64,000 nucleotides of DNA from Azolla caroliniana (lineage: Eukaryota; Plantae; Polypodiophyta), in the NCBI GenBank assembly GCA_043228905.1, contig JBHGNT010000007.1:2976001-3040000 (forward strand). Reading direction: 5' to 3'. The notes beneath the pieces were generated by a model. It saw only the letters and a program-made list of their open reading frames with translations. It had not been told where the DNA came from and searched no databases. Below, piece after piece: positions 52,094 through 63,700 of this stretch (within the stretch, counting starts at the first letter, position 1; each line of letters starts with the position of its first letter). Position numbers and translations under genes: made by a program.

Positions 52094-53083
52094 TCAGTTG
52101 GGTGCGCAGTAGGCACCGCAACGATACTGACAATCGTAGCGACAAACGCCGCCACCCCTCCTCCCTCTACCGCCACCTCCGCCACCTCCGCCGCCGCCCT
52201 GGAGGTGCCGCCCGTTCTGGCGTGTAGTTGCGCCGCCGCCACCTCCACCTCCACCACCTCCTTTGTTTCCTCCGCCGCCTCCTCCTCCGCCGCCGCCGCC
52301 GCTTCCTTGGCCGGGGCAGAATCCGACGCACACATTGTGACCCCCACCTCCTCCTCCGCCTCCGCCTCCTCCTCCTCCGGTGTTCCCGCCGCCGCCGCCT
52401 CCGCCTCCTCCTCCGGTGTTCCCGCCACCGCCACCGCCTCCGCCTCCTCCGGTGTTCCCGCCACCACCACCGCCACCTCCTCCTCCGGTGTTACCGCCGC
52501 CGCCGCCTCCGCCACCTCCTCCTCCGGTGTTACCGCCACCGCCACCGCCACCTCCTCCTCCGGTGTTACCGCCACCTCCACCGCCTCCTCCTCCTCCTCC
52601 TCCGGTGTTACCACCGCCGCCGCCGCCACCGCCTCCCCCTCCGGTGTTCCCACCACCACCGCCTCCGCCTCCGCCACCGCCGCCTCCAGGCCCTCTATTG
52701 AAGCCTCCGGGTCCTCTGTTGAAGCCTCCAGGCCCGCCTCCTCCTCCTCCTCCTCCTCCTCCTCCTCCTCCTCCTCCTCCTCCATTATTATTAGAATTGC
52801 AGAAGCCTGGGCATATGAGAGGAGCGCCTCGGCAGCGGCCGTATTGGCAGATGGGGAACCTGGGGCGGCCGCCGCCACCGAACTGCTCCACCTGTGCACT
52901 CACCATCACTCTCCCCTCCTCCTTCTTCTTCTTCTCCTCCGTCAATAATGCTGCCGCCGCCTCCTCCGCCTCGGAGTGGTCCCCATCACCATGATTGCTT
53001 GAAGCCAGCACATGGCAAGTAGCAGCACATGACAATGCCAATGCCAATGCCAATGCCAATGCCAGGAGCAGCAGGGGCCGCAT
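52094..53083 (-). CDS. Secreted glycine-rich protein with split 8-Cys motif (329 aa)
   Basis: Signal peptide MRPLLLLALALALALALSCA; CQYGRCRGAPLICPGFC; (G9-12)NT repeats; C-terminal GGGVCRYDCQYRCGAYC, like the plant GRP family ending GGGC..DC...C.AYC (At4g21620-type). Confidence 0.85.
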   Translation of the reverse strand: MRPLLLLALALALALALSCAATCHVLASSNHGDGDHSEAEEAAAALLTEEKKKKEEGRVMVSAQVEQFGGGGRPRFPICQYGRCRGAPLICPGFCNSNNNGGGGGGGGGGGGGGGGGPGGFNRGPGGFNRGPGGGGGGGGGGGGGNTGGGGGGGGGGGNTGGGGGGGGGGGGNTGGGGGGGGGGNTGGGGGGGGGGGNTGGGGGGGGGGNTGGGGGGGGGGNTGGGGGGGGGGNTGGGGGGGGGGGGGHNVCVGFCPGQGSGGGGGGGGGGGNKGGGGGGGGGGATTRQNGRHLQGGGGGGGGGGRGRRGGGVCRYDCQYRCGAYCAPN

Positions 53084-53149
53084 TTCTTCCTTCCTCCCTC
53101 CCTCCCAGTCTATTTATTCCCTTCCGAGTACTTGAGATTGAGGAGCACA

Positions 53150-53224
53150 ATGCGTGAGAGAGAGAGAATGAGAGACTCTGAGAGAGTATTTAATCTATTG
53201 ATGGCAAGAGATGAGGAATGGAAG

Positions 53225-53257
<33 letters not shown>

Positions 53258-53463
53258 TGTATACTTAGAAGAAAGGGAGAATCTGAGGAAGGATGCTGAA
53301 GATGATGCTGAAGAAAGAGTGTAGGCAAGTAAGGATGAGATTGCTCTACATTGCGAAAGCATTACAGCTTCTTCTCTTTTTATACTGAAGTTTTGGGTGG
53401 GGGGTAGGAGATAGGGATGTGTGTGTGTGTGAGAGAGAGAGAGACAGAAAAAGAGAGAGAGAG

Positions 53464-53500
<37 letters not shown>

Positions 53501-53983
53501 TGATGGATAGATGAGAGATGATGGATGGAGGAGGAAGAGGAGGTGGGTTTCCTTCACGAATATACATATGTATATATGAACAAAAGAATTGGATAGATAT
53601 ACATACATATATCATCATCATATAGATGTACACATATAAGGTAGAGAGGAAGACTTTTGTCTGTCTACAGAAGAATCAGAGTGATGGTGGTGGTGAATAA
53701 GAAAGAAAAAGACCCCTACCCCTACCCCTACCCCTACCCCCACCATATACCTTACTCTTCTCTCTCTCTCTCTCTCTCTGCTCTGGTCAATCAACAAGTA
53801 AGTTGGTGGGCACTCTTCTTCTTCTCCTCCAACTACTGCTACTACTACAGTCTATAATTACAATTTGTGTTGCATTGCATTTAATGTATGCCCCACCACC
53901 CTCCCTACTCATCCATCCCTATTACCACAGTCTCCTACTTACTTAAGAGTTAGTACTACTACTACTACTACTACCACAATTAG

Positions 53984-54030
<47 letters not shown>

Positions 54031-54664
54031 TTAGTACTACTACTACCACAATTAGGAGAGAGAGAGAGAGTCTCTCTCCCTTTCTAAAATGGTCAATAAG
54101 TAAGGAAGAAGGAAGGGCCCATCCATCATATGTACATTTCTGCATCTATCCATTCCATGCCATGTATATACAGTTGCATTGTTGAGTGTGTTCTTTTGTG
54201 TCATTTAATGCCATTGCATGGATAGAGAGAGAGAGAGAGAGAGATGAGAAAACAGACATTAGGGGGGGAAAAAAAGTATGTATATGCATGCAGGTGTGTT
54301 ATGATATGGATATACAAATAAATGCTCTTAGAAATTAGACCTACAACTGCATGCAAAGTCAACAACAACAAGTGTGTGGGTGTGTGCTATGTGTAGTAGT
54401 GAATGATATTTTCATAGATAGCTATACATAGATGAATTGAGAGAGAGAGAGACATAGAAAGAGAGGATGTGTGTGTGTGTGTGTCTTTTTTTGGTTTTCA
54501 TTTAAGAGGCACCGCGTGGAGAAGAGAAGAGGAGAGGGGGTAAGTGAAGAAAATCCCACAAGTTACACCTACTCTTCTCTTCTCTTTCCTTTTTTAAGGC
54601 TCTTTGTCTCCTTCTTCATCAACTCCTCCCAATCCTTATCCATACACACATATACATACATACA

Positions 54665-54695
<31 letters not shown>

Positions 54696-54745
54696 GTATG
54701 TATGTATGTATGTGTATATATATATATATATTGCACATACATACA
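53150..54745. repeat. SSR-dense upstream region of the GRP gene ((AG)n, (GT)n, (TATG)n, (CTA)n, (CCCCTA)n)
   Basis: More than ten microsatellite tracts within 1.6 kb. Confidence 0.9.
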
Positions 54746-56486
54746 TTATTATGGTGTGCTTCTTAATCTAACTCTCGGTAGCTGATTGATTGATCCATCC
54801 ATCCATTCGATCTGATCCGATCCAATCCCACGATCTCGCTCTCCCTCCTTCCCTATGTGCGCGTCATCGCCCATGTGCAAATAGTCAACTTGCCCCTTTC
54901 GATCAACATCACGCGGCAGAGGACTTGATTTATGCAATCTCCGACCTTTGCACTTTCCAATACACGGGTCGAGGTCTCTGCTCTTTTAAAGTCTCGACCA
55001 GGATGAATGTACCTAGGGTGGTTTCATTAATGACAATGTTGCTTTAGCTCTTTCAAAAGGCTTCCTCTGTGTGTGTGTGTCGCCAGGGGGAAAAAAAGTC
55101 TACTCTGAAAAGTTATTGTAGAGGTCATGTTCGTGAGGACACACATAACTTTCTAGCTTTTCATTAGGAAACATAATTTCTTTTACCAACCAATAACTCC
55201 TCTTACGTCGGTGTTTTGCGTACAGAAAAGATGGCTAATGTCTCCCCCAATTGCATAGTCACCGTAGGATGTCCATCTATTTATTTCTAGACTCTTGTTT
55301 GCCACCCACAATCTTATTTGTTAATCCATTTAATTCATCAATAAACATGTCTTCAAGACATGAGAGTCGATGTATCTCATAGTGCATAAGGTCTTCTTTA
55401 CTAACAATCGATATATTCCTTTTTGTAGGACTTTACGTCCATCCAGTTCAAGTTTGCAATCAAATTTCCAAGGATGAAACCACCATGTTTTCAAGCTAGT
55501 GTCTCCTATCAACATCATTGCACAGTTTTTGTCCTTGGTTCATCTTTGACGCATAATAGTGGTAAAATTTATGAAAACTCAATTGTATGCATTAATTAAA
55601 GACATGTATATGACATTATGTGTATGCGAAAATGGTAATCAATTTGTATGCAATTGCTTCCGGTTGATGAATGATTAATGGAAATAACATTAATTCGTGC
55701 AATGGTGCCACTTGATGAATGAATAATGGAAATAGCATTAATATGTCTAGATGTCTCAAGTTATCATGATCCCGCTTTTCTCAAATTAACTTCTTCATTC
55801 AAACTTTCTAACATGTTATGACATTCAATTACCACGGGGCGACCACCCATAAGTCTTAAGCTCAACTCTTGATCCAACATCATCAAAGAAAATTTGTTGT
55901 ATGTCAATGTAGAATGATGTTCTCCAAACTCTCAAAGAATGAACCATTGATTGTTAGGACTTTAAAATCATGTAATTAATGCGAGATGCACTACAATAAC
56001 TTGAAAGGGGTAAGGGTCCAGGGACAAATCATTTGCAATTCACTTTGAGGCTACATTTTTTTGAGACCATGGTGAACATTGCAAGAAGGTCACAAATTTA
56101 AATGTCTTGTCCTTTTTTTGACATTGAGGTGCTTTTGATAGAGCTAGTTACACATAAGAAAGTAACTAGGAATCCAAGAGTAGTACAAGTTTGAAATGGA
56201 AATCTCCTAAACTCGTGTTATTACTCATCTTCTATGTTACAATTGGTTCCTCTCTCGAGGATCACAAATGCTCCATCATTCTCAAGGTTATAAGGTCCCC
56301 ATAATGACAAGAAGTCATGATTAAGCTCTAACTTTGGTATTTCAAAATGTGACTGAAAGACCCGCCCAAATAATTTCTGAGATTTGGATAGAAATTGTGC
56401 ATAATCTCAATGGTTCTTTGGATAATATAAAAGGCAATATGCAACATGCAGATCTCAAACAATTGGAGTTTCATGCCACTTGGGAC

Positions 56487-56913
56487 TAGGAATAGGCAAA
56501 GGCTTGGCTCAAGCCTAAATCGAGCCGTTAAACCAGTTTAAACTAGTTTAGTGGCTCATCTCGGTTTGGGCAAAATTTGACAGATAAAACCAAGCCTAAA
56601 AAACAAAGAAATACGTATATTGATTAAGTAATTCATATTTGTTTAATTAATAGTCTCGCAAGACAGGAAGGGATGTGAAAATATAAAAACAAAAAGAAGG
56701 AGATGAAGAAGGTGAAAGAAGAAAAAAAAGGAAACCAAAATTTAATGGTGGTTTGGGCCAAACCAGTTTGTCTTGGTCCTTGGATAAGGCCAAACTTGTT
56801 CAACCTAGGGATCGGTTTGGTTTGGTTGGGTCTAGGTTTAAGAACCCCCAAACCGGTTTGGCTTGGATAAGGCCAAACCAGTTAAGCCCAAACCGAACCA
56901 TTGCCGACTCCTA
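56487..56913. mobile_element. hAT-type MITE
   Basis: TIRs TAGGAATAGGCAAAGGCTTGG versus rc TAGGAGTCGGCAATGGTTCGG; many AAACCR/YGGTTT subterminal repeats; degenerate 8-bp flanks CTTGGGAC/CCTGAGAG (5/8). Confidence 0.7.
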
Positions 56914-58043
56914 CCTGAGAGAGGCATATTTTATAGACGGATTTTTTATAAGTATGTATTGAGGTGGAGTGGTTCTAATGTACACCGAAGTATTTATTTA
57001 AGCCAACGGTTAGAATTTAGAAAAGGGGCTCATTATTGAAAAGTACATCTTTCTTTTATTTATAGCCTTAGGGTGTTTCTTAATGCTAACCTAGTAACTT
57101 TTTTTGGAAAAAAAAACTCTAACTTTTGTAGGACAATCTATTGGAAGAAATATTAGCTCATAATTGTAACCCAATCATGTACTATGATGTTGTATGCCAT
57201 TGGGTTATGAAGAGCCTCTACAAACTCATTTCAATTTTAGGAAGTTACAAATTATCTTGAGGGGTTTATTTTCCCCTAAAAAAAACGCTTGCTCACACAA
57301 ATCTTGCGACCTTAATGAAATAAAATTTCTTGAACATATATACATAACGTCATGCATTCAAATCCTAAAATTTGTCATCTTTATTAAATCATATATTGCT
57401 TTTCCTAAACTACATACCACATGGTCTCCAAATAGTCCCCGTAGATGTCTCAAAGAAAGCCTTTACACTTCTTTGAACTCACTTGCACAAGTCAACATGG
57501 CATTAGAATACAACAAATATGAAGATATGCAAGGTATATTATGGAGACTCGGTGGACAATGAAACTTGCTTTCATATGCATAGCATTTAATGTGTTCCAT
57601 AAAATTTATGATGATTTAGGTTGTTTCCTTTTAGGGTTTCTTGCAACATTGTAGGATTTCCTTGTTCTATGTTTCCGGCTTTCATCCACATTGCATATGT
57701 AGGCTTTCTTTCTTTTTATGTTTTCATTGTTTCTTTCCTCGCATTTTAGAGTTTTTAAGGTTTGTTGCATTTTTTGGTTTCTTTCCTCTCTTTTTAATGC
57801 AGACAAGTAACTATATTTCTCTCTCTATCAATTGAAGACTCTTTAAAGTAAACTCTAAACTTGATGACTGACTCAATAAAACATATAAGATAACACTTCA
57901 TAATAAACTTTGAAGAGACTTTACCATGTTTCCACACACTCAATAGAAGAATGAGGTGACAATATGTCACCATGTTATTAAGAATACAAAGATTAGGGTC
58001 CTAACTTATAATTAGGGAAATGGTTAAGGAGAGAGAGAGTGTG

Positions 58044-58490
58044 TGTTACGGGCATTATCATATAATATCCCGTGGTAAGAATTTATTGTAGTATTCTATA
58101 CACGTGAATAAGTGTGAGGGTTAAATGAGAGTGTAAAGAAGGGGAGGATTACTTTTAATCCTCGGGATTGAGACAACCCATTAGGCCAAGTGTGAACTTG
58201 CTCGGGGGCCTTGGGTATCACTATAAATAAGAGGCCTAGCTACCATCATTTCATCATCTTTTGACTATGTCAAAACTTTGTTCTTGTGGTGGGTCAACTC
58301 TTGTAGCAAGCGCGCCAACACCAGGTACAACTCGACGCCACAACGGTAGTATGGGACGCCGATCGAGGCTTGAGTCCGTCTCAATCCCTTCGCTTGGGAG
58401 TGATCGGGTGGATCAACACCCTTCTTTCTCTCTCTCCTTTCTATCTATCTATGTTTTATCCTTATCATATGCTTACTTTAGATCATAACT
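58044..58490 (+). mobile_element. Solo-LTR-like element
   Basis: Begins TGTTACGG after a polypurine/(GA)n run, has internal CTATAAATA, and ends ..CATAAC(T). No TSD seen. Confidence 0.4.
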
Positions 58491-58493
58491 CTA

Positions 58494-58537
<44 letters not shown>

Positions 58538-58538
<1 letters not shown>

Positions 58539-60262
58539 ATATTAATTGGAGGAAGTCTAGTCTCATATCATGTACTGAAAGGGATTTGGAATGTTTAGAT
58601 CGCAAGGATCCGTGGTGAAGAAAGGATCTATTTCTCGACACTTGGGCTATCCATTAGGAATGAATGTTACAAATGGTAAGATTGAATGAATGTCTAGCAA
58701 GTTGAGGGATAAGTTCGGGTATTGGAAATCACGATCTTGCCCATTTCATGTACATTTGAAGGCTATACAATGTATTATGGAACCTATAATATTATATTAC
58801 TTACCATTGCTACCATGGACAAAGAAGGCTTTGCATTCTATTTTGCAACCTCTTCGATATTTGTTGTGGAAGAAGAGGGATAAGATGGGAATAACTTGGG
58901 TTGCATGGAATCATCTAGCAACTCCTAAGCGCTTGGGGGGAGCTGGAATACTGAACTTATCTAAGCATATGATGGTTCGTAGATTTTCATTATTACAAGA
59001 CATGTGTTCAAACTCACAACCATGGATATCTATTGTTCAATATTTCATTGAGAACAAGGGTTTAACACACGGGAGAACAACAATTAAGGCTTCATGGTGG
59101 CAATTACTGAATGGATGTATTTCACTTAGGATTCTAGGCTCTACATGTATTCAACACTTGGTTACCTCATGGCAAGAAGCACTCTTGTTATATGTATGGA
59201 AACCATCATCTAGTAGAGAGCATTGTAATTCTTTGCAAAAAGAGTTACTTGTGTCTTCTCGGTTATTATGTTGGCCAGGAAAGAAGAGATTGCGCTCTCA
59301 ATTTAATCGTTTGTTTCATTTGGGGGTCAAAGAGGTGGGAGATATAGTTGAGGATCCATCTCAAAGAAATTTGGAGTTTGTTGAAGCACGACAATTATTA
59401 CGCATTCCGCCTAATTATGAGTTTATTTGGCAACAACTACAAAATATTCCATTGTGCAAGGTCCCTTGCCTCACGAACAGGAGAACAACCATGGATTGAT
59501 TGGTGTTTAAAGGGTCAGACATTGTTGTTACAAGTGACTACTAATCTTTTATATCATTGCTTTGTCGAGTCTCTAGGATGGTTATCATCTAAGGCTGAAG
59601 AAGAATGGAAATTGCACAAATTTGATTATGGGTGGTGGCAAATCTTACGACATAGTTGGCATTCTAAATTGCCACTTGTAGCAAAGGTCTTCATTTGGAG
59701 AGTTTTGATTGGAGGATTGCCTTTGGGATTAGCTCTAAAGCGTCGTGGACTAGCAACGGGTAGTTGCTTTTTTTGCACTGTTCAAATGGAAGATAGTACT
59801 CATCGATTTATACAATGTCCAATTGCTTCTTAGATTTGGAGTTGCATTTCTCAAATTTGGCAAGTTTTATCACGATGTTATTTGACACCTAGATAGTGGG
59901 TGTTTGCACAATTTACACATGTTGACCCAAAGTCAGAGATGGAGATCGTTTTATTATTTCTGAGATATTGGGGATTGCGACATAATTGGAATATGCGCAA
60001 TGCTTTTGTATTTGATGGTAAACATGGAGTGAAAGCATATCTGCGAAAGTTGAAGGGAGTACTAATGTGGCAATTTTCTTTATTGGAGCAAGTGGAGATT
60101 CTTTCCTCGGTGGAGTGTTCTTCTTGCTTATTGGCAATTCAACATGTTCTACTACCCATGTAATGTAGTTAGTGGGTGACCATACTTCATTGTCACACCC
60201 ATTGTAAGTAGTGTTTTTTACACACATTTATTAGTATAATTGTGTGTTTTCACAAAAAAAGA
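58538..60262 (+). mobile_element. 5'-truncated L1-type LINE (RT C-terminus + zf-RVT), pseudogenised
   Basis: RHLGYPLG, WVAWNHLATPKRLGGAGILNL, WHSKLPLVAKVFIWRVL.GGLP, CFFC...EDSTHRFIQCP, WNMRNAFVF. Stops and frameshifts; starts directly after (AG)21. Confidence 0.92.
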
Positions 60263-60263
60263 A

Positions 60264-60477
60264 ATATATATTTGCAAAAGTTGAAGGGAGTACTAATGTG
60301 GCAATTTTCTTTACTGGAGCAAGTGGAAATTATTTCCTCAATGGAGTGTTCATCTTGCATATTGGGAATTCAACATGTTCCACAACCCATGTAGTATAGT
60401 TGGTGGGTGCCCTCCATTGTGATACCCATTGTAAGTTGTGGTTTTCACACATTTATTAATATAATTGTGTGTTTTCA

Positions 60478-60480
<3 letters not shown>
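60264..60480 (+). mobile_element. Second, very short 3'-end copy of the same LINE
   Basis: Repeats ~60037-60253 (AAAGTTGAAGGGAGTACTAATGTGGCAATTTTC...GTGTGTTTTCAC) with many substitutions, then (AG)20. Confidence 0.9.
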
Positions 60481-60520
<40 letters not shown>

Positions 60521-60522
<2 letters not shown>

Positions 60523-60729
60523 CATATGGATGTTGCTCAGTTGGTAAGGTTCTCCAATGGAGACCAGGTGGTCATGGGTTCAACCCCTACATTCCACAGT
60601 GGCATCTAGTGAATTAAGAGATATATAAGAAGTATATAATAGAGAGGTGAGGAAGTTGGGTTTCGAACCCACAACGCAGTGCTTGTAGTGTAAACAACTT
60701 ACCACTAGGGTGAGGTAATTACAATAAAA
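60521..60729 (+). mobile_element. Complete copy C of dual-tRNA SINE-like element
   Basis: Plus-strand A box TGCTCAGTTGG (60534-60544) and B box GGTTCAACCCC (60577-60587). Minus-strand B box GGTTCGAAACC (60669-60659) and A-box remnant CCCTAGTGG (60710-60702). (AG)n on both sides. Confidence 0.8.
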
Positions 60730-60748
60730 GAGAGAGAGAGAGAGAGAG

Positions 60749-60910
60749 CCCAAATGGATGTAGCTCAGTTGGCAAGGTTGCCCAATGGAGACAAAGGGGT
60801 CATGGGTTCAACTCGGCATCTAGTAAAATTGAGAGATATATATGGAGTAATAGAGAGGTCAGAAATTGAATTTCGAACCCAAGACATAATGCTAATACTG
60901 TAGCAACTTG
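60749..60910 (+). mobile_element. Copy D of dual-tRNA SINE-like element (3'-truncated)
   Basis: TGGATGTAGCTCAGTTGGCAAGGTTGCCCAATGGAGAC...GGGTTCAACTC..GGCATCTAGT...AGAGAGGT...TTTCGAACCCA, co-linear with copy C. Confidence 0.8.
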
Positions 60911-60916
60911 CGGACT

Positions 60917-61154
60917 TTGGTGCTAGGGAGATAATGCAACAAGTTAGTGCACGATCACTACCAGTACTCAAATATTTCCCTATATTAAAAGGCCAAGCAT
61001 TGGATCCCTATATTAAAAGGCCAAGCATTGGAGCTCCCAGTATAAGACCCCTTGGTGCTAGGGAGATAATGCAACAAGTTAGTGCACGATCACAACCAGT
61101 ACTCAAATATTTCCCTATATTAGAAGGCCAACCATTGGAGCTCCCAGTATAAGA
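60917..61154. repeat. ~100-bp tandem duplication with internal sub-duplication
   Basis: TTGGTGCTAGGGAGATAATGCAACAAGTTAGTGCACGATCAC at 60917 and 61052; CCTATATTAAAAGGCCAAGCATTGGA doubled. Confidence 0.9.
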
Positions 61155-61409
61155 CAAGCAACGCCCTTAGTAACACACATACCCACCATGAGCAATTGTC
61201 GTCTGAATCTTCCTAAAACTAATGCCCTAAGTAGATGACCTCATTTATAACATAATAACCAATTCACCATAACTAAGATTGTTTGTATCGTCAAAGTGGT
61301 ACCAAGAAAGAAAATTTACGATCATCATGATACGTAAAATTATAACGAGTTAATGGTATAGGGTACATAAACATTACTTCATGGTGTTCTAATCATGTGT
61401 TTGGAAATA

Positions 61410-62990
61410 ATGGTTTATTAAATCAAACAATTAAAATGATTGTGCCTAAGTAAGTACATATGTATGGAACTATATGTGCTATGTTAACAAAAATTAAAGT
61501 GAATGTGCCTACAAAAATATGTAGGGAAAATTATATGTGTTATACTAACAAGACCGTTGATGGTGTTGAAATTGAGATGATGCCAAATGATGTAGTTAGT
61601 GAACTTAAGAGATACGCGGTTTCATCCTAGAGTCGCCAAAGATTTATTATCAGTTACTCAACTTGTCAAAGAACAATGTATGCTATTCGGAGAGTGATAG
61701 TTGTCAAATTTTTGTGTTAACAATAATGAAGTAATAGCCACTAGAAGTAAAGTTGGTCGCATGTTCATTTTGGATTATGTGGGACGGAAGCATTTTGTTA
61801 ACTTTATTGATGTTTTTCCTACATGATTTGGATATAATTTATGAAACTTAAAAGTGATGCGTTTCAAAAATTATAGTGACTGTGAATATATGTTGTCCAA
61901 ATCCATAGTTGAGAATGAATGTGATAAAAAAACAAAAGCTTTAAGAAGAGATGGTGACTGTGAATATATGTTGTCCAAATTATGTAAATATCTAAAAAGT
62001 AATGAAAGAACGAGATATATATGACACATAGTTGTACCCCTAAGATGAGCGTAATCGTTGAATGGAAAAAATGGCATATCTTCGAATGTGTTAGAGCTAT
62101 GATGTTTGAAATCAATGTCAAAAAGGTCTTTTGGCCAGATGCATATCGTTATGCAGTAACATTGATTAATACAATGCCAACAACTACCATTAAATATGTT
62201 ATTTTGTATGAGTTATTTTTCTGATGAAAGCTTAAAGCTTATTTGTTATGTGCACATATTTATACAAGTTCCATATAAACTTGAAGAAAAAGCATTAAAA
62301 TGTATTTTCCAAGGGATAGATAATAAAACATGGATATTGATGTTATGATCTAAACTTTATGTTTCTTACATTATTAAATTTGATGATAGCAAGAATCTTG
62401 AAGATATATAGCGTAAGGTGAAGGTACCCAAACCATGTCGCCCACAACATGTAAGAAAACTTGAGGCTATTGTTTGTTGATGTCAAAAATTGAATGAATG
62501 AAAATTGCATTGAACCAAGTCCCTATGAGGAATTATGTTGTAAAAACGAAAGATGAAAAGCCATGCAAGAGGAAAGTGGCATATGAGTATTGGTGCCAAT
62601 AATTGACATTCAAACTTTAATTGATTATATAGGTGGATTTGTAAGGTAAAATATAATTCTGATGGTAGAATTAATCATTATAAAGTTTGATTTGATGTGA
62701 AGAGTTACGCCTAAACTTATAGTTTAATTACAAGGAAATGTTTTCACTAATCGCAAAAATGTTGAGTACAAGATCCATAATCCTCTTGCCATGCATTAAA
62801 ATTGGAAACTTTATTGAATGTTTAATGGATATAAAAATGCTTTTTTAAAGGTAATCTGGTGGAAATTGTATACATGAAACAATTGCGAGGGTGTACAACT
62901 GGTAATATCTTGTACACAAGCTAAAATCACTTTATATAGATTGAAACTAACACCATGTTCATTTGTATGGCAAGTTGAGAAAGTTTTTAC
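61410..62990 (+). mobile_element. Degraded Ty1/copia pol relic (protease-integrase-RT order)
   Basis: Broken frames: KDLLSVTQL, FVT.ID..WI..MK.KSDAF, TP...E.K..HIFECVRAMM....FWPDA..YAV.LIN.MPT, WI.KVKYNSDGRINHYK, MDIKNAF..G.L.E.VYMKQ. Confidence 0.85.
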
Positions 62991-63299
62991 AATGAAATAA
63001 ATTATGGTTCTTTGATATGCTTGTAAATTGTAATACCCATCTTCTCTACATTAGAAATTAAAGAACAAATCCATTGTAGGGCACATACTTGGGAATAGAT
63101 TTGGAAAGACCTTTAGTCTAGACTCTAAACAAGTGCCCACATGATAAAGAGCAAAGCATTCGTGCTCCATGATATAAAGTCTAATATTGAATGAGGCATT
63201 ATTTTAATCAATGATCAATATCTAATAAATAGACTTGGAAGTTGGAAACTTCCAGAACAAAAACACTCAAGATTGGCACTTATATCATAAAAAAAACTT

Positions 63300-63700
63300 G
63301 TTAAACATGGAGATAATGATTATTAGTGAGTTGAAATGCAAGCATGTTTCCAATTACATGGCATAAGTATGAACACTACCCAGATTCTAACATAGCTTGA
63401 ATTCTCCACATTTGAATTTTAAACCGTGGAAACAAACTGAGTGATCCATACTTATATCATTAAACTAGATATTGAAAGAATATAAATCAACACCACAAAA
63501 CTTCTTGGTAGAAAGTTGACACACATCATAACATGAATTTATTATAACACCTTATATAAACACACGTCTAGCTCATGCACTCTATTGAATGATAGGGCAC
63601 CACAAGACCCCTTCAAATTAGTTAGAGATTTAGGCAAGCATGCACACAAATCTATGCCAGAATGGATTTGCAAATTGTGCCCTCAAGGGATGGAATTAAA
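63300..63700 (-). mobile_element. Possible degraded LINE ORF1 fragment
   Basis: Broken KKFCGVDL...DHSVCFHGLKFKC frame resembles the RICV.VDL...Q.V.YE.LP.KC region of plant L1 ORF1. Weak. Confidence 0.25.

Noticed and set aside
52039-52994. Overlapping poly-Pro, Ser/Ala-rich, Glu/Ala-rich and Arg/Leu/His ORFs
   Set aside because: Alternative frames and antisense shadows of the GGN repeat. Only 53083-52094 has a signal peptide and a conserved Cys pattern.
55140-56440. Possible transposase relic (WWFHPWKFDCKL...)
   Set aside because: Fragmentary; no family motif could be assigned.
60527-60715. Functional tRNA genes
   Set aside because: Boxes are present but there is no proper anticodon arm or full cloverleaf and no T4 terminator. 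Copies are diverged and repeated, so they were called SINE-like.
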